Source: Paramecium tetraurelia (lineage: Eukaryota). From it: 64,000 nucleotides of DNA. A model generated the notes under the pieces. That model was not told the origin of the DNA. It searched no databases and saw only the letters and a list, made by a program, of their open reading frames with translations. Made by a program: the position numbers and the translations under genes. The stretch lies in NCBI GenBank assembly GCA_000165425.1, contig CT868307.1:248001-312000 (forward strand), written 5' to 3'. The first letter of the stretch is position 1. The number at the start of each line of letters is the position of its first letter. Positions 54,352-64,000 of this stretch are shown here, piece after piece.

Positions 54352-55403
54352 TCACCAATCTCTAAATGGATCATCAGCTTATTTGATTGAATCTGGCAAT
54401 TCGGTACTGTCTGGATAATCAGCAAAATTAGAAGTATCATTATCAGATCTAGTAATAAATGTGAAATTTACCTAACTGATGGAATGTATTTAGGTCTCAT
54501 TTATTTCTTGATCAAACTATCCCAATTCAAAGTTTGATACCATTTATGTTATTTAATATCATTGGCTCCATTTTTTAAATTTCCTAATCTTTTTGAAACA
54601 TCAGAAACTAAGAGACTTTTAATTAACTCTTTAGCATCATTATCAAAATTTTTAGGAAACTTAACTTTTCCTTTTAATATTTTTTAATAAATTGCCATGG
54701 GATCTTCATCATTGAATGGATCAATTCCTACTCTATAAAGGAATGTAATTACCAGCCAACATCTCATAAAGTATGATACCTAAACACCACCAATCAACAG
54801 GTCTGCCATGTCCTTTATTGAGAAGGATTTCAGGGGCAAGATACTCAGGCGTTCCACATAGAGTATATGTATGATCTTCGACAACTTTAGCAAATCCAAA
54901 ATCAGTCAATTTTAAATATCCATTTTATTGAATAAGTAGATTTTCTGGTTTGAGATCTCTGTATACAATAGTCTTTGAATGTAAATACTCAAACATTAGC
55001 ACTATTTAAGCAGAGTAAAATCTAAATATTATTACATATTTTACTATGCTTCGTCATTTTCTATAGTGCCTGCATTCCTTAAATAAGTGAACAACTCTCC
55101 ACCTTGAATATACTCTAGAACAAAATATAAATATCTTTCATCTTAAGCGTAGCCTAACAATTCAATCTAAATAATTTATTATAGATATACAATGAAAGGA
55201 TGTTAAATCTATTGAAGTATTTTGAACTCAGAACTAATATGATCAACTTATTTCAATCGAAGAATTTCACATTTCTTTAACATCTTTAAAGCTACATGCT
55301 TTGAATTTGATTTCTATTTTGCCAATCTTACTCTGCCAAACGAACCAGTACCTAGAGTTTAGAGTATCTCAAAGTCTTGGAGTTTCACTTACTTATTCTG
55401 CAT
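54352..55403 (-). CDS. cAMP-dependent protein kinase catalytic subunit
   Basis: [50 protein letters not shown] and [13 protein letters not shown]. Confidence 0.96.
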
Positions 55404-55428
55404 TTATTTTGATAATTAAAAATAAATA

Positions 55429-56390
55429 ATGTCATTCAGAAAAGATAATTTTCGGGTTCAAAACTAAAATTTGATGCTGTTTATTATAAAAATACACTAA
55501 AACAGCAAGAAAAGAAAAGACCTGGATCTGGTTAACCCCTTTCGTAGCTAACTTTCCCATTATTTCCTAGAAAACCAGTTTATTCTGGCAAGTTAAGAAA
55601 TATTATAGTATCCTCAGAAAATGTTAATTAACAACATCGTATTATTAAATCAGGCAATAGTTAATAGAGTTAATATTAATTAACTCCCTCAGTTACTTAA
55701 TCCCAATTATTAGGCGTCGTAAGAATATTTTATAATAACTTTTCATAGTTCACCTTAATTTTAAATTAAAAGTTCCTAAGTGCTGAATCAAATCACAATA
55801 GGAGAGAAAAAATCAATAGAAAAACCAGGCATTTTAACAAGCACTGATTAAAATGATAAATAATTTCACGGAATAATTAGACAGAACTTGTAGTGACCTA
55901 ATCGGATATAGAAAATGTAAATATTCCAATATAGCAAGAAAAGAAGGCAAATCTCTTATGAGAAATTAAAATAGTTGCCAAAAAAGTAGTTTTAACAATA
56001 ACCAATTGATTAAATCTAACCCACACTCTAATAAATGCAATCTCAAATTGTAGTTTCTAACCAAAATAAATAATTATACACAATAGATAAAAAATAAATA
56101 AACAATTAATCCAAAATAGTCGAATATTAATATAAAATCACTATCATAACTTTAAGGCAGCCAAACTAAATGTTTTAGTGATTTTACAATGACCTCAGGA
56201 ATGACCTATAATAGCTCTTTCAATTCATGCAATTGCAATTGAAGGATGCTTCTCAATATGCTGAATAGCATGCAAATTTAAATACGAGTAGTAAAATATT
56301 CTACTTAATTTTCTAATAGAAATATAAGAACAATCAGATGATGCCAATTCATCGTTGGCCTAAAGTACTTTCTGCTAATTTTAAGAGTGA
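55429..56390 (+). CDS. Hypothetical Q/N-rich protein
   Basis: Coding-like sequence between PKA and SRPK with GT..AG tiny-intron candidates. The N-terminal frame is ambiguous. Confidence 0.45.
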
Positions 56391-56562
56391 TTATTAAATT
56401 ACTAAATTGAGTTTATTTTTGATATCTTTTGTGAAATTAAATTCTCTTATTTTTAATATCAAATCTTTGTATTCCTCTGAAATTCTCATAATAGATAAAA
56501 ATCAATCAAATATTTATGACTTTAACATCATTATTATTATTATTATTGATTATTTGATTTTT

Positions 56563-57845
56563 ATGACTGATTCATCCTCAGAATACGATAGCATGAATGA
56601 AGGCTAATATGAAGCTAAAATAGGTGAGACACTGAAAAATAATCAATATCAAATTATAAAATGGTTAGGAGATGGGACATTCTCAAAGGTCTGGTTAGTG
56701 AAAGATTTAATTAGTTCGATTCATTATGCTCTCAAAATTTAAAGTTCATAGTATTCAGATGCAGCCGTAGAGGAAATAGATATTTTAAAGTATTATCCAT
56801 TATAAAAGTAGAATTTTGAATGAAAATGAAAATTCACCATAATGGCTTGACATTCAGAAAAATAGAATTGGTAACTAACAAGAAACTCATTGTGTAAAAA
56901 TGGTTGATTCTTTTGTTCATATTGTCAATGAAACATTGCATCATTGCGTAGTAATGGAAATATTGGGACCTACCTTATTGGATTTAATTAGATTCTATGA
57001 AAAGAAAGTATAAGATATTCTGATGATTAGAATTCTAGTATGAGCATCTAATTAGGGAAGGAGGTCACTAAATAAGTGTTGATCGGATTGATTTATGCTC
57101 ATGAAGTATGCTAAATTATACACACTGACATAAAACCAGAAAACATCATGATTGAGTTGAATGATCAATAATTAAAGTAGTTAATTAACGATGAGGAGGC
57201 GGATGATAAGAAGAAAAAGTAATAAGAGAAAATATTTAGAGAGTTAAATTAAATGATATAAATAATGGGGAAACTTTTATCTGGAATGAGAATGTAATAA
57301 TTAATGTAAACACTGACCTTAAATTTAAATTAGTTGATTTTGGAAATGCTTGTCAAACTAATCAACAATTTGAGGAAATTCAAACTAAGGAATATAAATC
57401 TCCTGAATCTATTATTTAAGCTCAATATTCAACCAATACAGATGTTTGGTCTCTTGCATGTGTAATATTCGAAATCTTGACAAATGATTACTTATTCAAT
57501 CCTGAAGGAGATAATGAAGAAGAAGAAATGGAGGATCTATTAGCCATGATGATAGAATTGATTGGACCTCCAACATAAAGTTTCTTAAGCAAAGGCAAAA
57601 GAAATTCCCAATATTTTGAAAAAAATGGAGATTTAAAAACAATTAAAGTATTTGATTTTTAAATTAGTAAGGATTTACAAAAATTCAATCTAAGTGATAC
57701 TTTAATAAAAGATTATTCTTTTGAAGAGCATGAAGCAAAATAATTATAAGATTTCATTCTCTTTGCACTAAAATGGGATCCTGTTGATAGGCCTTCCTCA
57801 TAAAATTTGTTCTTGCACCCTTGGCTTCAATAATAATAATAATGA
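56563..57845 (+). CDS. SRPK-family protein kinase
   Basis: LGDGTFSKVW, ALKIQSS, DAAVEEI, IIHTDIKPEN, a short spacer, LVDFGNAC and IQTKEYKSPE. Confidence 0.92.
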
Positions 57846-58476
57846 AATAATTTTAACAATACAAAAATAAATGAATTCTTTTTATAAAGCATTAATTTTT
57901 TTATTTTGATTAGTTTGTGATCATAAATTCTTGATTATTTAAAAAACTATATTGTTTCCTTTTATATAATTTTAGATGGCTCAATCTTATCGAAGAAATC
58001 ATTATCAATTAACTTATGATATTATGATATCAATTATAATGGAGCAAATAGTACTTATTAAATAAATAATAGTTTTGGATGTAATAATTATGAGTAAAAA
58101 AGGATTCTTGTAATAATTGGGTCAGTATTTGATAATTTATAATAAAATTTTGTATAAGTGTATTGAGTATTTAATGATACACAGGTGCAAAACACTATGA
58201 AAGCAAATAAGAGCTTTTATAAAGTTAAATACTATTCTTCTATCATGGCAATTACAAAATTAGTCTTAATTCTCTTTAGAAAAAAAAAAATAGGAAATTG
58301 ATATTCAAATAATTTTTTAGTTTATTCTAATACTTTTGAAAGATAAATTGATTTTTCAAACAGTAGAAATTAAGCAAAGACTGCTCTTTTTCGCTTTAAT
58401 TGTTCTCCTTAAGGCTCACCCTGTGTATTGACAAAGAATTATGGTGGAATGTGCAGTATGAATAAAAATATTAAAA

Positions 58477-60151
58477 TCATTGATTAAGATATTCATTTTT
58501 TATTGATTGAACTACCTGGATCCAATTTATAGGCCGAGCTTCTGCATCTTTAAATTTATAGAAGAACGAGGAAGATTCTAAAATCTTATAATTTCTAAAC
58601 TAGGTACATAATGAACACCATCATTTGATATCTTTATTGTATCGTCAATAGGTAAATATTTTTTTTCTCCTTTTATAAAATCTATCAATAAACAGGGAGG
58701 CTTTAAGTATCCAAACAGTATTGCGATTTAGGGTATACAGAACCACCTATTTGTGTTCAAATAAATAAAACCAACGCATTTGTCGAAATGCTTAAATACT
58801 GAATTACAATGAGACTCTGTATCCTAATTACTTGGAGATTGATTTATCGTTCGATCAGGTTTAAAAATGGGTTGATTGGGAGAGCAATAAATTTTTTACG
58901 GTCTTATTAATACGTTTGGGATGGGTGTTACGGCTTCATCAAGTTCCTCCATAATGGTTTTTAATCTATCTTATTTTTTCTTAACTAGATCTTATTTCAT
59001 CTAAATATTTGCAGGTGTAAACTCCCATAAAATACTTGATTTACTTTAACTAGGGATAATCTCTTAAAATAATCCTTGATATTCAAATGGAATTTCTATT
59101 TCGGTTTGCCAAGGAATATAGTCCTCTTTAATACCCTAAAAATATTAATGTTAAATAATCAATTTTGTATCTTCTTGTCCTAGTCTTTCGGATGGGTTTA
59201 ACACCAATAAAGATCTGATGAGATCTTAGGCAGGTTAGGGAATTGATTTGTCTAATTGATAATTGAGAGTTAAGATATTGTTGAAAATTGCATTTTCACT
59301 AATATCAGTGAAAGGCTATTTTCCATGATAAAACTAGATAATTATGAAAACAATACCTCGTACACTATACAACCAAGAGCCCATAAATCAGCCTCCTTAG
59401 ATGCTCTGCTATTATTGAGCATTTCAGGTGAAATGTATTCTGGAGTTCCAACAAAGTTTGATCTGTATTAGGTTGATTCGCTCTCAATTTTTTTGATGGA
59501 CCTCACGTGACTCTGCTAAAACTTCCTTATCTAATCAATTAAATCAGGGGGCTATTTGTGCTCTTCAAAAAAATAGCAAGTTGCAAAATCCGTCAATTTA
59601 AGGTTGTAATTTTTATCTATTAAAATATTTTTAGGTTTAATATCCAAATGAGCTATGCCCTCATTGTGCAAATAGATAATTGCTTAAGTTATTTGATAGA
59701 TGTAAACTTTAATGAAATATTCAAGCTCTTCAGATTTAGTATTTCTGTAAAATTGATAGATGTCATATATGATATTGCCTAAATCTCCAAAAGGACAATG
59801 TTCACTTACGAAATAAAGGTATTGTTTGTCTTAAAAGCTGCCAATAAATTCAACCATGCCTAAATGATTAGATTCAATGTTACTTGGATACTTTTATGAA
59901 TACTGCTTCATCATATGTCTTTCAATATAAATCTCTGATTATTTGTTCGATAGAGTGATTGATTCTTTATAAACCTTTTTGATGGCTACCTTTTTATTAT
60001 TTTTTAAGTAAATAGCTTCGTAAACCTCAGAATAGGCACCTTCCATTTTATTCATAATTATACCTTCACCAATCAAACCGACTATGTAGAAACTTTTGAT
60101 GTTCATCTTCTTTTCATTTTTAAGTTGGTTCTATAACTAAATTCCTTTCAT
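58477..60151 (-). CDS. PDK1-like AGC kinase with C-terminal PH-like region
   Basis: [37 protein letters not shown] and ADLWALGC. The C-terminal ...[10 protein letters not shown] helix is typical of a PH domain end. Confidence 0.85.
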
Positions 60152-60520
60152 ATAAAAATTAAATTATTATAAATCCATCATATACAGATGTAAATCAGCT
60201 TAAAATAATGACGTTATAACTTTTTGGCTTATCAACCTTTACCTTTTTCTTATTTGTTTAGCATGGATTCAGAATTGTTGAATAAACTATTTTAGATTGA
60301 GTGATTTTTAAGAAGAAAAACTTTCTAGAAGAATTTTTTAAAAATAACTCAAAATATAAATTTATTGTATTTGTTCCATAATTAAACATTTCTTTTCTTT
60401 CTATGTAGTTGTTGTTACCAATATTAGAAGTTGTATTTTCTAAATTAAATTAAAAATTTATGGAAACAGAGTTAATAATTTATTTTTAATAATAAAATTT
60501 AGATGTGTCAATTAATTTTG

Positions 60521-60554
60521 AGTATGATGACTTATCATGATTAGTCGTCATACT
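60521..60554. repeat. 34-bp near-perfect palindrome
   Basis: AGTATGATGACT-T-ATCATGAT-T-AGTCGTCATACT, with one G:T and one T:T mismatch. Confidence 0.85.
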
Positions 60555-60641
60555 GAAATTAAAAAGAAATGAAAGAAGGATTTCAAATCTTCACTTGAAA
60601 TAAGATTATTGTAAATTATTTTTAATATTGTCTAAATTTAA

Positions 60642-63600
60642 TCAGTCTTATGGAGCTTCGATGGGTTATTAATCGGTTATACTTGCTTTGAAGAATTCGT
60701 TGTCTACTTTTTGATTTCTAACAGCCATTAATTTAGCCAATTTAAGTTTCTTATAATAAAGTAGACCAGCAATAATTAATGAAACACCAACCACAGAGCA
60801 TATGACAGCTACAACAATGGTCACAGTTGTAGAACTGTTATCTGATTTCTTAATAGACTTTTAGATGGTTCCTGGATTAGTAGAGTTGTTATTTTAATTA
60901 CCACTGCTATCTGATTGATTAACTCCTTCATCAGTCACTAGAACCAAATCATCGTTATTATTTGACGAATTGCCATTTCCATTATTGTTGTTATTATTGT
61001 TATTACCATTGTTATTATTATTATTATTATTATTGCCATTATTGTTTCCTTATCCATTGTTATTGTTTGTATTTCCTCCTGGAACTAGAATAATTTCTAA
61101 AATATAAATTATAATATTTACCTGATGTTTGTTCTGTGCTCTTGAAATTAAGTTCTGAAATTGATGAAATGGTGGTGGATTCATGTTTGAGACCAACAAC
61201 TCCTAATTCTTACAAGCCTTCTGAAATTCCCAAGGATTCTAGTTTAGTAGCCATTTCAGCTAGTCTTGATTAAGATTATTTGCCTTCATTAGAACCAATT
61301 TCAGCAGAGTCTGCAATACCCCAATCAATAACAATAGATGAAGTTGTGGATTCATCTAAAAATCTTCTTCTGTATTTCTTGGTTCCAATGATGAAATAGT
61401 TGTAAGGATCTCCTCCAATTTGTGCTCTTGCATATTATAGGAATTTATCGCCAAAGAATTCTGATGAGGTTATTTCAAGTCTTGTTGAAATTTAGAGAGT
61501 ATTCTTCAAAGCGATTTTGATCTTGCAATCCAATTTACCAGTCAACACAAAATGAATAGTACTATTTTCAAAGAAGTAGTTATTGGCACCACATTGATTA
61601 GTCATTGTCAGGAGATCATGATGCTTATTATTTGTAGTGAGTCCAGGTTATACAACTTTATTATTGACCATGACTTAGATAATTTAAGGGACAGAGAATT
61701 ACCATTTCAATATAACCCAATCTTCTGGACTGCCTGCCTCTGATCTCTTTGATAACCAATATTCAGATGAAGTTGGATTCATTCCTGCATTTGTCATGTT
61801 GATCACTGTATTCACTGATACTAGACCGACGAATTTGGATTCTCTCAAATTTAATGGTTCAGGACCATCCCACATCCACTCAGCAAAACTGTTAATTTCA
61901 TTAAAGAATAATCCGTCAGTCAACTTGATTGGCGAATATAATCTCTTGTTATAGTCTGCAGCCGTACTCATAAACATCAAAACAGTGGCCTATCTGCCTG
62001 GACACCAATATCCATTCCAAGATTCTTGTCTTGAACAATAGGTGACATTTGGGCCAAAGTATGTGTTATTACCAATACCTTGTCCGATTTATCCAAAGAA
62101 GTGACCAGTTTAATCCTCTATCAAAAAGTTGATTTATCCTGTGCATAAAAATGATCCACACCCTCCAAACCATCCTAATTTACCTGCATCTGGATTTCTT
62201 GATTTGAACAATAGAGCATTGAATTCACAATTAGTGCATGGAGAGTTTACTAAGTAATGTTGTCCTGTCATATCATGTGCTCCATGGTGTTATCTGAATG
62301 CAGCATTATTCTTACATCTAGGGAGGTTATCATAAGTTAATCTAAAGTTATGGAATTCAACATTTGTTAAGTAGACTTTGAGATCGAGTCTTTAGATTGT
62401 ACATATTGTATCAAATGCTGAAGATATTTTTGTCGAAATAGGAGGGAATGCTGATGAAGTCAAAGTACCCATTTAAATACCCATTTAGCCTTAACAATTA
62501 GGACTAAGAGAAGCAGAATAGCATTTCACGCACTCTGGTCTAGCAAGGGCTGAAATGAAGATATTGGTCAGCTTCATTTTATTCTCTTAGATGCTATTTG
62601 GAGCGGGTTTCAAGGCTATACCTCTATCATTTTCAACTACAATTGATTTTTCAAGTTAGATCTACTCACTGTAAATTGCATACATAATACCCACTTCACT
62701 ATGATGAGCAGATAATCCTTAAATGTATGAACACTAGCCTTCTGGGTCTTGTCTCACACCAAAGCAAGCCAAAACAGTACTTGAACAATGATTGTTATAG
62801 AATGATGATTAATATGCATCTGAACATTTACTTGCCATGACAAAGAATCCAGTGTCTTGAGATCCTTGTCCAACATTTCCAGACACATCAAAAATATCTC
62901 TTCTCATTTGGGTTGGTACCAATTCATCCGAGTAAACAAAGTTACCAAATACAGCCCAATTAGCAAGGCCACCTTCATTTAATATTCTCTTCTTCACATA
63001 AATCAATGCATTATCCTAGAATTTCACATATTAACTGTTATTGATCTACACCAAAGCTTTGATACCATTGTAGAACATGTTATTTTTGATTGTAATGTAT
63101 TATGAATTTTAGATGGTCAATAACATGCCTGTAGTGTCATGGAATGAACAGCCAACTACTTCACTTTGAGTCTTGATAATATCACTATTAAGATTTCTGA
63201 AATCTAATCCACTTCTTTGAGTATCATATTTGACCACAATTGTTGAATTCAACACCCATGTAAAACAGTGTATCCTCTTCTTGGGAATCCTAAATTAGCT
63301 CCTGGCTCTTCAAATATAATAGATCAAGACTCTGCATCCCAAACCATGAACACTATCTCCTCCTTGAATCTTAATCTTTCTGGTCAAATGTCCAACAACA
63401 GCTCTCATATCCAATTTTCCAATTCCAGGTTTATCAATAGTGACTGATGGAGCTCCGTAATGATCAAATTCTAGGGCCTAATTCAATGTTAAAACACATC
63501 CAGAAATAGCTGTAATAGATCTCTTCTCCTTTTGTTCTGGATCACTACCTGAAGGACCAAATACAATCTCAGTCTCCTACAGCCCAACCAGCACACTCTG

Positions 63601-64000
63601 CTACTGTAACAGTTGTTGCACCTGCATCAGCATATGCTGCCAATCTAGTCCATACTGTTCCAGGTGGGGTTGAGTACAATTCCATAGCTCTTGTGACTGC
63701 AAGTACCTTATTACCAACATCTAGATTAGCATCAATTACTAATGGACTATCACCGAATTCTCCATTCAATTAAATTAAGATCTTTCCAGGGAATGGATTG
63801 GTTGAATTACCAGCTAATAATTTTCCTGTTCTAACCCAAATTCTCTCGGCTTCTAATTTAGTTGATGCTCTTCTCTCATCAAAAATTAATGATCCCAAAA
63901 TTGTTAGATTAGCAAGTTTAGGAGGATCAACATCCAAGATGACTTGATATGCTGCTTGTACGATTGGACTATCTCCTTCAAACAGGCACTTTGTTATCTA
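60642..64000 (-). CDS. G8-domain/PbH1 fibrocystin-L (PKHD1L1)-like type I membrane protein, 3' part
   Basis: G8-like VILDVDPPKLANLTILGSLIF...IWVRTGKLLAG and WTRLAAYADAG...WAVGD, then AVVGHLTRKIKIQG and beta-helix-like repeats. An Asn-rich stalk, TM TIVVAVICSVVGVSLIIAGLLYY and a short tail follow. Confidence 0.88.
60960..61070 (-). repeat. Asn/Gly-rich low-complexity repeat (AAT/AAC)
   Basis: Encodes GGNTNNNNGQGNNNGNNNNNNNNNGNNNNNNNNGNGN just before the TM helix. Confidence 0.85.

Noticed and set aside
60524..60556. C/D box snoRNA (ATGATGA...CTGA)
   Set aside because: The boxes are only about 22 nt apart and are locked inside a palindrome, too short for a guide snoRNA.

Overview
This is AT-rich, gene-dense eukaryotic DNA from a ciliate, most likely a Paramecium macronuclear chromosome. 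TAA and TAG read as Gln, TGA is the only stop, and genes carry tiny GT..AG introns, mostly 20-35 nt. The supplied standard-code ORF track therefore breaks up the real genes and reports many antisense artefacts. Manual translation gives about 33 genes. These include five cyclic-nucleotide-binding-domain K+ channels in two clusters, two tandem LRR paralogs, a cyclin, Asn-tRNA synthetase, two cytochrome P450s, a PFKFB-family protein, RPL37A and six kinase-fold proteins (CK1-like, DYRK, MYND-Aurora-like, PKA-C, SRPK, PDK1-like). There are also CCDC17-like and TMEM209-like proteins, a RanBP2 zinc-finger protein, an HMG-box-like protein and the 3' part of a G8-domain fibrocystin-like membrane protein. 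The most unusual signals are a 50-nt intron that parses as one tiny intron inside another, an RPL37A that has lost its zinc ribbon and gained a tail, apparent pseudoenzymes, a zinc knuckle after the CNBD in all five channels, and head-to-head genes only 15-35 bp apart. I saw no rRNA, tRNA, CRISPR array, telomere or clear transposon. CDS spans run start to stop and include introns; they were derived by hand and could be off by a few bases.
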